DNA of 64,000 nt from Dicyema japonicum (taxonomy: Eukaryota > Animalia > Dicyemida), in the NCBI GenBank assembly GCA_011109175.1, contig RDEW01000002.1, positions 1,718,111 to 1,782,110 of the forward strand. The letters are read 5' to 3'. The translations under genes and the position numbers were made by a program. Shown here piece by piece: positions 11,540 to 22,845 of this stretch. The notes below the pieces were generated by a model. It saw nothing but the letters and a program-made list of their open reading frames with translations, did not search any database and was not told the DNA's origin. Numbering within the stretch: position 1 is the first letter of the stretch; each line of letters begins with the position of its first letter.

Positions 11540-11960
11540 TAGAAAATATCCTTGTGAATTTTTTATCAACTCTCGAATTTTCACAACAACATCTTTTTAT
11601 TGAGTCTTTTGTCTAAGAAACATTTCAAACTAACGAGTTTATCATTTTTATTAGCATTTCACAAATGCTACTGTAAAAATATTTGATTTCCTCATTCTAT
11701 TCGCTGACTCTACGATCAATGAGGTCACTAGTGCTTAGTCGAATTTGATTTTCCTTGCAATAAGTTGAACAGTAAATTTCACAAAACGTGTTTGAGGATA
11801 CCGTTTCAGTTACTTCTATGTAAAAGTGTAGAAAATTTATGCAAAGGTACTTACCGAAGATATTTTTGAGTTTTTTAAATGCATTTATTATAGATTTAGA
11901 AAAGTTGGTTTGATCTAAGGAATCCATATAAATATATTTGAATACACTAATAAATTTCTT
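11540..11960 (-). repeat. Dispersed unclassified repeat with coding-like remnant (copies at 13740-13920 plus 14663-14750, and 32540-32720)
   Basis: Shared tttccttgcataagttgaacagtaaa and aaaagtgtagaaaatttatgc blocks; minus strand reads SNTFCEIYCSTYCKENQIRLSTSDL. Confidence 0.6.
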
Positions 11961-12049
11961 GCATATTTTTAGTAAAAAACACTCCAGAGAAAACATAAAA
12001 TTAGTTTAGTTTCCCTTGTGCCGTATTCCTAATCATCCTCTACGTCAGC

Positions 12050-12350
12050 CTCGATCATGATCTTCTGTGCTTGTTCTCTTAGGTAATCTAGGTCGTCCTC
12101 CATTTCCATTGTAATGTCAGATGCTGCCTACACTTTTGTAACACAGTGAATAAGGTCCTGATGGAATGCAAATCCGAGACCATAATCTCGGCAGGCCGAT
12201 GAGAGGGTAAAAATGCAATTTTCTAAACAATTCTTTAAATTGTACATTTTTGTATGGTGGTTAACGACGATAGCAGACAATTTCCGGGTTAGGATTTTCC
12301 TTGACACAGAGCCTTTAGTAAATCGATCGAGCAAATGACTGTTTCGAGGT
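12050..12350 (-). mobile_element. RTE APE-domain fragment
   Basis: DYGLGFAFHQDLIHCVTKV, homologous to YNGLGFAVHEDLYDLVTRV at 28159. Confidence 0.6.
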
Positions 12351-12819
12351 AACGAGGAGTTGTGTTAAAGCCTTTCATGATAAATTGTTTGAGGGATGTT
12401 AGGCGAGTAGAAGTTGAATAACCCCTTCTGAATCCATGTTGTGAGAATGAAAAAAGAAGAGACAGGTGGGAAGAAATTTATTAATGTATTCAAAAATATT
12501 TATATGAATTTCTTGGATTCCTTAGATTTCTTATAAGATTAAGAATCAGTTAAAATACCAGGGATAGATTCAGGCCCACGTGAAAGGGAAGAATTCATTA
12601 TTTTCAAACCCTCACTGACATCTGAATGTGAGCTTCGGTGGTCCGGGGAATGGGCTTCAAATCTATGGCTGGCTGGAGTCAGAATGGAAATTGGCCATCC
12701 TCCCAAAATAATTCTGCTCAGAAGGGTTGAATTTATTGTAAAAATTATATTGTCTTGAAATTGTTGAATTTTATTGTAAAAATTTTATTGAGGTAAAAAT
12801 AACTATAATTTTGATGGAA

Positions 12820-13718
12820 ATGGAATTTTAATATAAAGATGCTTGGAAGTAATCAATTAAAATGAAATATGGAGCAATTTACATGTCCATGTTGGTTTAT
12901 AAATTGATAAAGATGACAATGAAAATTTACTTCACAGTAAAGACGCAGCTAGCATATCAAAAAAGATAAAATTACCTCTAAACTGAGTTGAATACGACTT
13001 GGCTAAAAGAAGTCGAGGTGGTATGGGTTTTCTCATACTCGCCTCGAGTGTTTATTCTGGAAGTGATTTGCTTTATTTTTGGATTCCAACAGGTAGTGTG
13101 TATCTAAGTCCTCCTCGAGTTCACTGGAAGTAAGGATATTTCCATACAGTTCCCTAGCTCTCCACCACATTGTATCTTTTAAAATTACATCCTTGTGGTC
13201 ATCCTTTTTCCTAGATCAATATTTGTAAGCATGGAATCTTCTGTTCACCTAGCGATGGATACTTAATAAGGCCCGGAAACCCGCTGTTACGATGAAGGCT
13301 GGGTTGAGTTCATGGACAAAAATGTTGCCAGCCATGCTGTGAGTGACATAAACAATTCGCCTGTTCAGGGAAAGAAAAAGTACGAATGGTAGTGGGTTTG
13401 GGGGTATTTGTAAAAGTGGTGACTTTTGGGCTATGAAGTACCTCCCAAAGTTCAAATGGGCGTACCTCACTGAACAAATGCCTACCAGAAGGCGAAAATT
13501 GACGATATCATGAAGATAGACATGTCTAAGGTCAAACGATAGGCGGCTGACTTTTTTTGATAATTTTGGATAAGCAAAATTCTGAAAAATCCGCAAGGAT
13601 CTGATATTCTGAGGTTTCCCTCAAACAGAGACTTACTGAAGATAAAGTTGTCTCCTCAAAAAAAGCTAGGAGGAAAGCTCCCGTTATTATGTCTCTTTTT
13701 ACTGGAGGATGTTTATAA
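12820..13718 (+). CDS. ABT1: Activator of basal transcription 1 / pre-rRNA processing ESF2 homolog (spliced, with frame disruptions)
   Basis: KRSRGSVYLS after splicing; YDEGWVEFMDKNVASHAVSDINNSPVQGKK...DFWAMKYLPKFKWAYLTEQM.YQKAKIDDIMKIDMSKVKR matches the ABT1/Esf2 EGWVEF...KY...F.W..L.E core. Start position approximate. Confidence 0.8.
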
Positions 13719-13923
13719 TTTTATTTTTATTTATTTATTATTAGAAAATATCCTGGTGAATATTCTTCAACCACTGTAAAAATATCTGATTTTCTCATTA
13801 AAAATATCATTACTACTCTAAAAATAAATGAGGTCACTGATGCTTACTCAAATATGATTTTCCTTGCATAAGTTGAACAGTAAAGTTTACAAAACTTGTT
13901 TGAAGGTATTGGATACTATCCTA

Positions 13924-14660
13924 CCGTATTTGCCGGTGTATAAGTAGACTTTTTTCGATCAAAAATTGACCTAAAAATGACCTCGACTTATACACTGAGT
14001 CATGAAATTCAACTTTGTATTCATCGCTTCGAATGTGATGGTAATTACTACACTCTTCACAAAAATTTCTTGCAAAGATCAATCTAATTATAGAAGTGAA
14101 TGGAATAAAATAATAACCTCGTAAACCCATGTCTAAACGAATGAATTACTCTGCCAAGTTCAAACTGCAAGTTGTAAACTTTGCCAAAGAAACTAACAAC
14201 TGTGCTGCCTAAAGAAAGTTGGCGAAATGAGAAACTAGTAAGAGATTGGAACGCATTGCAACACAGCAGCAGTGATGCCAAGAAACAAATGTGCTAATAG
14301 AGGGAAAAGCTGCCATTGGCCAGCACTTGAACAAGAACTTGTATGCTGGGTCGAGGAGCAACGAAAGTGTGGGTTCGTCGTCACAAGAAATATGATTCGT
14401 CTGCGAGCTTTGGTTTGTGCCAAACAAAGCAAGATTACCGATTTCAAAGAAACTATAAGTTGGTGTTCACGATTTTTAAAGAGAAATGACCTTGTGCACG
14501 ACAAAGAACTAAACTTGCTCAGAAACTCACTCAAAAAAAGTGAGGAAAAGATAACTCTCATTCCAAAAAAAGTGTTCATTGCTGTTAGTCTCTCTCGGCG
14601 CGTAATATCAAGGGTTACAAAGTAAATAGTAGGGGTCGACTTATCCACCGGCAAATGCGG
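13924..14660 (+). mobile_element. Internally deleted pogo (POGK-like) transposon
   Basis: TIRs CCGTATTTGCCGGTGTATAAGT / ACTTATCCACCGGCAAATGCGG with TA TSD; Brinker-like MSKRMNYSAKFKLQVVNFAKE plus CENP-B HTH WPALEQELVCWVEEQR...WCSRFLKRNDL; no DDE domain. Confidence 0.9.
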
Positions 14661-14779
14661 TACTTCTTCCTATGCTTCCCAAAAATTGTAGAAAAACGAT
14701 TTATGCGGAATTAAGAAGTATCTGAAATTTAGATTTTTTAGACACTAACAAATTGCATCGACAGTCTTTATGCTCACCT

Positions 14780-15050
14780 AATTCACCCGGCCTTCTAAAA
14801 ATCTAGAGATACAGCTAATCAGTTCAAGGGAGATTCCTGCTTCAGTGAGGGCTTATCATAGGCCATCATGCAATAGTGAGTCGAACGTTCTCTCCGCATT
14901 AAGGAACAGCACAGTGGTGTACTGTTTCAGCATGACGGTGAATCTGAGAGCCCAACCTCCAGAGGCAGTCAAACAGGATTGCCCTTTATGGAACCCCATC
15001 CTAAGGTCCGAAAGGGTGTTTTTTATTATCAACTTTTTTTAGCCTTGATT
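14780..15050 (-). mobile_element. Jockey-like RT fragment
   Basis: MGFHKGQSC...FLNAERTFDSLLHDGL...ISRFLEGR. Confidence 0.6.
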
Positions 15051-15059
15051 TATCACTTT

Positions 15060-15600
15060 CTGTGTGCGATAAGCCGTACTGAAACAGGTACGTCTAGCTA
15101 GTACACTGTATGATTGGGTCATGAAGTCAAGCATCTTTACAATCTGTTAGTTTTTGGGCAAAGAATGCTCACCTCCATTGGAAGATGGCTACCAAATCCA
15201 CGTTACCCATAGGCGTATGAATACTTGTGCCGTTATACCAGTTTTCTCAGTGCACCTTTCTCGTTGCTTCCACAGTTCATCGAGATCGTCCGCCGTTCTC
15301 AATTTCCCAGCAATAAGAGCCAAAATTCTTTCAGTTTATTGATTCCATAATGAGTGGTCAAATGCTGTTTCATGCATTCTATCTTCATAGTTTGAATTTC
15401 GTCCTGAGCAATAACACGTTTATGAGCCTCATTTGTAAAGAGTTTAGAACCTTCCAACAAGAAAAAATTGGCTTTCTTAATAAACCGAACTTTTTGCATT
15501 CGTGTAAAATTATGGTTGATGATCTTGCATTGTAGATATGAAACAATATCATTGTACTCTTGGCTAGTCCTGATCATTTTTTTAATATGCATTTTTCTAA
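15060..15600 (-). mobile_element. Ginger/KRBA2-type integrase remnant
   Basis: KRVIAQDE...QHLTTHYGINKL zinc-binding region; homologous in style to 31505-31950 and 54650-55300. Confidence 0.55.
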
Positions 15601-16370
15601 CACGGATAATTCGATTTATGAATAAATAGTGAATTAATTGTGGCTAATTGATTTTAGATGTCAATATCCAAAAAAAATCCAAGGTCAAAGTCTAACGCCT
15701 AAAATTGGTGTAACCTGCATGGAGAGCAACAATTGATTTCCTTAAAAATTGAGATATGAAATTCCAGTGAAAGTTACTGTCGAAAGTTGGTATCTTAACA
15801 GTCCCCCAGGTTTTTAGAAACGCGGCCATTATTCACGATGGAGATTAGCTGTCTAGATTTCCCTCCTGGTCCACTAGGTAATTGAATTACACTAATCCGA
15901 TCATTTATCTTCAAAAAACAATGTAATCCGGAAAGTAAATCATCGTGCACAGCGAAACCTGTCTATAGAACTTGCAGTCCGACGGGAGTAGGATTACTCC
16001 ATAGTTTCCAGAACGTTCGTCAAGTTCTCCTTTGACCTATGTCTCTTGGAAACAGCAGACTGAACATTGATACTTAAGGTCCAGACATAGTTAGTGCCTC
16101 ATCTACCAGTTATAAAGTCCCCTGGCATTGAAGGTGAGGATAGAAAACCTAGAATCATTAAAACACGTATTCGACATGAGTGCAAGATTAGGACGTCAAC
16201 CAAAAAATTTTCTCGTGACTTTAAAGATATCTGTAATTAAATAGGTTAAATAAATTTAAAAAATTAAATAATTTAATTTAAATAAAAATAAAATTAACAT
16301 TTCACCCGTTTTTCTGCGCCTTACGTTTTAGTCTAGTTTAATTTTGTATAAATCATAGAGAGTACCGATC

Positions 16371-17045
16371 ATGTACACTCCACTTCCTTTAATTTGTTCC
16401 GAAGACCCCAATGTACTTGAACTAGCATCTAATTTTTAGCTCCGACGTGCTCATCACAATTTGTTGGAGAAAGAACGAAGAAATAATCTAAAAGCCTCCT
16501 TCAATGATCTGAGAGATGTTATCCCTTCACGAAATAGAAAAGTTACCCTTTACTCATGGCAGATGTCCCGGGTTCAGATTTTGACGGCAGCATTGGAATA
16601 TCTTGCATTTATCGAACTTTCCATGGATAAATTGGACGCGTACATGGAGATGGTGGACTCTTATGACAAAGAACTCACTTCTATTCGTACGTCCCCCAAT
16701 AATCTCTTAGAAAAGTTTCCGTCGGATTATTCGGAGTTGAAGGCAATATCTAAATCCGTGGTGGAGAATATAAAAGTCTTTGATATTGATGATTTGGATC
16801 CGATCAAAGGATTTATCAAATATCAGGCAGAAAATGACGTTGGATCACGTAAAAGGAGCTTTGCTGACATGAAAGTAGACACAAGGCCACCTTATGAAAT
16901 GCCACTGGATGGGTCATATTCTGATAATAACTGGATTGATGAGCCTTTTAAGATTTTAGCGTTGAATAACGGGGAGTGCTTGTTTATTGACAATGAACCC
17001 TCTGATAGGGACATTCTCAATAGTATGCTAAAGTTAGAAGATTAG
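16371..17045 (+). CDS. MAX: Max-like bHLH-leucine zipper transcription factor
   Basis: Splicing introns 16413-16439 (27 nt) and 16542-16562 (21 nt) gives MYTPLPLICSEDPNLRRAHHNLLEKERRNNLKASFNDLRDVIPSRNRKMSRVQILTAALEYL; H-E-R E-box residues intact; I-L-V-L heptad zipper. The second intron falls at the position of the K|ASRAQIL junction of vertebrate MAX as I recall it. Confidence 0.8.
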
Positions 17046-17159
17046 TTAGTTGTGACTTAATTTCATTAAATCATTGCCTCTACATTAATTCTGTAGCTCG
17101 TTTCCTGTGTGTTTGCATCTTCGGTTGTTTCCAGACATAAGTACACCGCAAAACAACGT

Positions 17160-19900
17160 TAGTAAAGTCATCTCGCTTGTGCCACCCTCTCCTGGATGCG
17201 TCTTGTTAATCGCTTCCAGTTGCCTCTGTTCCTAAATAGGTCCCTCAGGTGCTCAAGATCACCTGCCAATGGCAACCCTTTCCCAATCGAAGTGTCTTGA
17301 TGTAGAAGGGTTGGTAGACTAATTCGTGGTTTTCCCCGGAAAGTCGATCCCAGATGAGAAGCATAGTGGTGTTCCATCGGGAGATTAGCGGGAGTATTCC
17401 TGTCCATTTTTAAGATGTGACCAAATAAGAGTTGTACACTAAAGCCGGTTTTACAAACATATTGTATAATTTGATTTTTAAAGAGGCAGAAATTTGTTTA
17501 CCTCGTAACCATACGTTGTTTAGATCTTTAAGAGCGAAAGCTGCTAGTGATTTCTTCGTATATGCCTTCTGTATTTCCTAAGAGAGTGCCAAGTTTCTTT
17601 GTATGCCTCCATTTTCTTCGTGTCGTTGTTTGCATCGCCTTACTATAGTATATTCTGTTTTCTCGGTGTTAATTTTTAGGAATGATTTTTCAAATGTTTT
17701 GGCCAATTTGTCGATAATACCTTCTATTGGTGGTCTGTTGCCGTGAGATCATGTCATCTGCGAAGATGACTTCCGTTATATGTCTGGATATATGATTCCT
17801 TGCCTCTCATAGGGTTGCCTCCAGATATGCGATGAATAAGACCGGAGATTGGGCGTCTCCTTGGGGGGGTTGATTGTTCCGAATACTCAGGATTTCTGAT
17901 TTCCGAGCTGGGTAAATAGTTGAGTGGAGAAGAGTAGATAACGAATTATTCTGATGCAATCTTCCTCGAGTAGTGGTGTTAATATTTGTATCATATTGAC
18001 TCTGCTGATTGAGTAAATGCCTTAGATAGGTCGATTCCCATTATGTGGTATTCCTCTTTATATTTTTGGCATGAAGAACTTATCCATTTGTGGCTCCAAA
18101 CGGCATCGGAAGTTGATCTTCCAGAGACAAACCCACTTTGGCTAGCTCCGATAAATTCACGTAGTGGGATTTTTATTATGTCCAGAGCGATTAGTGATAG
18201 AATTTTGCGCAGTGAGTTGAGTATTATGATTGGTCTTAAGCTGTTTAGCTTTCCTTTTTCCTTCCCCGTTTTATTTAAAGGGATTAATTTTCCGATTCCG
18301 ATGTTATTCTGGAGTGTTCCTCAAAAGTTTTGTTCATAATGTGAGTATTAAGTTTTTGAAACTCTTCAGAGCGTATTTTATGAGCTCTGCATTAACATTA
18401 TCTGGGCCTGGAGTTTTTGAGTTGTTTAGTCTGGTCACAGCCTTTTTAACTTCCTAAAGTTATTTCTGGTGATAGCTTTCTGGGACTCCATCAAACGGAT
18501 AAAGCGTTTCTTCGTTTTCAAGATTGTAATATTTTTCGAAGTGATCAGCTATGGTGTCTGTGCGTCCCTGGTTGTTGTAAATGGTTCTTCCGAGTTCATC
18601 ATGAACTGTTGGAATTTCAGATTTCTTCTTTCGCTCTAGCATCTTAACAGATGCTACATTTGCGCTTCGTTTTTATACTTTCCTACTTCATTTGCAAGGT
18701 TTTGTAGCTCCGTTTCGTGGTTTATCTGACATTTTTTTTGATTTCTCGCATAATTTTGTTTTTTTGGATTTTGAACTTGATTGCTTTCACTTGGTTGTGG
18801 GTGTTCATGCATTTGATACGTAGATCCTTTTGTAAATGGGAGAGGTGATCCATATGTGGGTCGTTAATTTCTTTGATGGTTTTGGAAATTGTCCCAATCG
18901 TGTGATTAGCCACTGATTTTATTTTGTTTACGAGTTTATTCCATAAACTTCCAGCAGGTAGATTGATCGGTTCTATGGTTTGTGATATTTTAGCAGAATA
19001 GTTATTTCTGTGGACAGGATTGTTTCTTAAAAGTTCGACTGGGTATCTAACTTCTCTGTGTCTGTTTTTGACTCTGTTAATCAAAATCTTCTATTTAGGA
19101 GAAGTTTGACTACCAATAGTTTATGGTCACTCGATGTTAGCGTTCTTCATATGTTCGGGCATGAGAGTAGGGCTTTCTGCTATTGTCGACACAGAATGTA
19201 ATCAGTTTGGTTATATATTTTGATTACATGTCCATCTGAGTCTCGGCGTTCTCCAGTCCAGGTCGTGATATGCCTTGCAGCGTGCTGGAATGCTGTGCTG
19301 TGAATGAATAATTGTTTATTAATCGCCAAGTTGGTCATAGTTGCTCCAGACATGTTCCTCCAACCTCTCCCATGGGTACCCATAAAGCTCAGTTCTCGGC
19401 CCTTTTTCCAACTTCACGTTCCAATCTCCACTTATGTAAAGTAGATAGCTCGTGGATATTTCCATAAGGGTTGTCGATAGTGAACTGTAAAAGTCATCCA
19501 GGTCCGTTGGGTTTTAGAGACTTTTGGAGATGTAGGTGCATATACATTTTATAATTGTAGATTTAGATCCAGTTTCCAATTGAATTGCGCAAATTCTGTC
19601 ATTCATTTTCCATATTCTTTTTATATATTCCCGGAGTCTGATATCCACGAAAAACCCATTCCGTAGTGGTGACAGTCCGAAGGAAGCAAGATAAGGTCGG
19701 GGTCAGCATTTTGTTCGTTAAGTCCTTCTTTGACTTTGGTCTCTTGCAGGCAGCAGATAGTAATGTTGTATCTTTTCAGATCCTGGCAGAGTGACCTTCT
19801 TTTGACCGACGACTTAGTCCTCGACCGTTGAAGGATGTGAACAGAGAGTTTGAAAAGAATGAAAAAGACATTAGTGCAAATTGAGATGCGTCACCAACGT
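17160..19900 (-). mobile_element. Near full-length degenerate RTE-clade LINE (APE + RT)
   Basis: DLKRYNITICCLQETKV (APE), gvpqgdALSPVLFIAYLEA and VIFADD region near 17870-17760, LFGHILKMDRNTPAN C-terminus; many frameshifts. Confidence 0.85.
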
Positions 19901-20099
19901 CAACCTAAAAAATCGCTTCCAGTTTCCTAAAAAATATGAAATGTCGATTTAGCTAAGAAATTTAATTGTTGACCTAAAAAATATGAAATGTTGACCTAAA
20001 AATTTAATTTTTATTTTTTAAAACACAAAATTAGATAATATTTTACATTTTCTGGTAGGGAATTTATACCTTCAGTTAAATTTTTTTGTGAAGAATCGA

Positions 20100-20620
20100 A
20101 ATGACCTCTCAACTGGGGGGTCCATGTGGCTAAGGAGTTCGTCAGGCTATCATCTGGAGTTGAGGATCGGGACTTTTTTGAATTGGATCTTCGAAAAGCT
20201 TTCAACTCGGTCGGAAGGGATGTCATCATTGACGTTTGCTTGAAAAGAACCCCGTAAATATAACCTTTTGTTGACCTATCGAATTCGAGTTCTTCCCCAT
20301 CGTTTTCGGAGATGAAATTATTCATTCCGTCACAAGAGTACAGCACGGTGACCCACTTGGTCCTCTTCTTTTTTTTAGCGATTGATCATATAGTGCAAGT
20401 TATTCTACTCCCCCAATCTATGGTACCTGGACGATTGTATCCTTGGAGGAAGCCCTGAAGACGTCATTTCAAAGTGACTTCGGTTTCCGAGAATTGTCGC
20501 AAGATTGGTTTTGAGGTAACTCAAAAAAATGAAAAGTGATCAACATGAAGATAAGCGCGGAATCATTTTCCTTCTTCAAAAAACGAATGGAAGACATTGT
20601 CCCAGATGTTCGAACAACAG
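20100..20620 (+). mobile_element. CRE-clade RT fragment
   Basis: LDLRKAFNSVGRD...FGDEIIHSVTRVQHGDPLGPLLF...LWYLDD.ILGGSPED. Confidence 0.75.
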
Positions 20621-20699
20621 ACTTATGGTCTCTTGAATTCCTTGGATTTGGATAGGCATGTGGACTTTTTATGCTTAAAAAACCTGCTTCTCAAGATGC

Positions 20700-21800
20700 A
20701 TTAACTTCCCAAGTTCCCCTTATGAAGAAAAGAATCTCCCATATTTCATTGATGATGAAATTACTCTCAAAGTGATTTTAAGCATACATTTTTGATATTG
20801 ATTTTTATGGGTTTCCTCCTCGTTTAATCCACCGTTCAGTTGGAACATTATTTTTACCCCCTTTATTTGTTTGACCATCTTTTTCAGCTCACACAGACTT
20901 GAACTCTGAATTTTTCACATTGAACTGATTAAGGATTAGGCTCCATCCACCTCTAGGGAACATCCCAAATCTCTGTTTCGCAGAATAAACTATCTCAGAC
21001 ACCCATCCAGCTTCAGAGACACAAGCAACATCTTCGATGATGGCTGAAAGGGACACAAATTGGTTGGGATAGCATGATCCCTAACATTCTGGTTTCGACA
21101 ATAAGATTTCTCGTAACGTCACCCACCCCAGAGACGACTATCCTGCCTCCATCATAATATTTCTGCTATTTGATTTCTAAAGAAGGCCCTTGGATTTTCT
21201 TCATTCTTTCCGCTGAAAAGTACAAGCACAACGTAGAATTATAACATAAGATACAGATAACATGATTTATTCGCAAAACCCCAACTAACTAAACAAGGTA
21301 AGAGCCATTAACTAAAGAGGAAAGCCAAGATTTGGGGTCGTCTATATCGGGGCACTCTCATGAGACACCGTATGTCTCTTCTCCGTAAAAAGCCCCAATT
21401 ACAATGCGAGTTTCCACAAGCAATGTAATAAATCACCGATTCTTCTCGTTTTTCTTTCGTATTCGTCATCAATTTCAGATGCTAAATCCAATCCATGTGC
21501 TTCAATTTAGTTTCGTTTATAATTAGAACTTCCATCTGGATCGTGCTGGCTATAGCAACCAGCACTGAGAGCCATTTCCAAAGAGAACGGGCATTAATCA
21601 GGGTTATCCTGACTACTTCTGGTTATTTTTTTTTTCGTGGCTGCCCTCTCTTCTCTGTATTGAAGCTTCTATATATGTCCTATTCCAGCCAGTTTTAATT
21701 TCTTATTCGTTCCAATTTTGGAAACTTCACTTTCTCCATTATGGGCATTTTCTCGTTTTAGAGATAATTTTCCATTCGATTTTTTTCTTTTTGGTCAAAA
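20700..21800 (-). mobile_element. Degenerate CR1/L2-like LINE endonuclease region
   Basis: RITLINARSLWKWLSVL...EVLIINETKL near 21610-21500; remainder decayed. Confidence 0.45.
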
Positions 21801-22218
21801 AAGCATCTTTCGACACATCTCCATTAAGCCTGAAGTATGTTTCTCAAACTCGTAGTATATTTCTTCGTCTTGTTGCACCAGTGGCACCACTTTTTCACCA
21901 GTGGCACCACTCACAAGTCAAATGAAGGACTGTTACAAGTCTGTTACAACCCATCTGATGCGAATATAATTATAATTATAACATCTGATGCGAATATATG
22001 TTTAAATTTATATGGAAACAGAATTTATACACTATTTTTTGTTTAGGTTATATTTAGACAATTTGTTCCCTTTACTATTTATTATCAAAGAAGTACTGGT
22101 TAATGAATTTAATAATATTTATAAACAGTAGTAACAAATCATGCTCCAGCTCTGACGATGGCCATTTTCAAATTGAGGGCTGAGAGTCTCAGGTAGAACA
22201 TCTTTAGGGTTGGAGAGA

Positions 22219-22700
22219 TCATTCACTGTCATTATCATTTTTCTTATGGCTCCTGATTCCCCTTACGAATAATTTTACTTCTAAAAAAAAGCGCTTTTTA
22301 TAACTCCAATGTGGATAACCAAGTCCTCGATGACTAAACATCCAAAAATCCGTCTCTTCTTCAAAATAATAAATTTTAACATTAAAATCTGGTGAACAAC
22401 CAATATGGAGGCCACTCAAAGAGCCAAACGAAGAAAAACTCACCCGCTTAAGAAGTAATTCGTAAAACAGCGCTTGAATATGCCTTGGCAAGCTTGTTCT
22501 CTTACAAAAGCTCAGATTTGAAAATCGGGATCAAAGTAACTCAAGACTTGGGGTATTAAGGCTCATACGTCCTGAGATCAGTGCCCACGTGATAGGCACT
22601 ACCCATATCTAGTAGTAAAAAGTGGAAATTAAGGATCTCTTGGAGTTGATTTAAGGGCCGTTATTTCTTAGAGTTTCGACAATTCACTTGATCATTTCTA
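22219..22700 (-). CDS. Unidentified probable gene downstream of the CTLD receptor, conserved in both blocks
   Basis: HIQALFYELLLKRV...ETDFWMFSHRGLG...HWSYKK conserved with 35390-35700; no family recognised. Confidence 0.3.
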
Positions 22701-22845
22701 CTTCCATTGAAGCTAACCGTCATTCTATCATCAATCAGCCTCACCAAGTGAGCAGATTCAGAAAGGATTCCCCTTCCTTTAACGAAAACATATAAAATTA
22801 AATCTAAATCTAATTATGTTAGTTGTAAGTTGTCTATCGTAAATA

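Noticed and set aside
12980-12995. Stop-codon reassignment to explain in-frame TGA/TAG in ABT1 and the metalloprotease
   Set aside because: TAG (Max), TGA (PDP-like) and TAA (ABT1) all appear to be used as real stops; indel error is simpler.
20011-20346. 111-aa minus-strand ORF as a host gene
   Set aside because: Antisense shadow of the CRE RT on the plus strand.
21879-21997. Short direct duplications (caccagtggcaccact x2; catctgatgcgaatata x2)
   Set aside because: Look like simple slippage duplications within decayed LINE-associated DNA.
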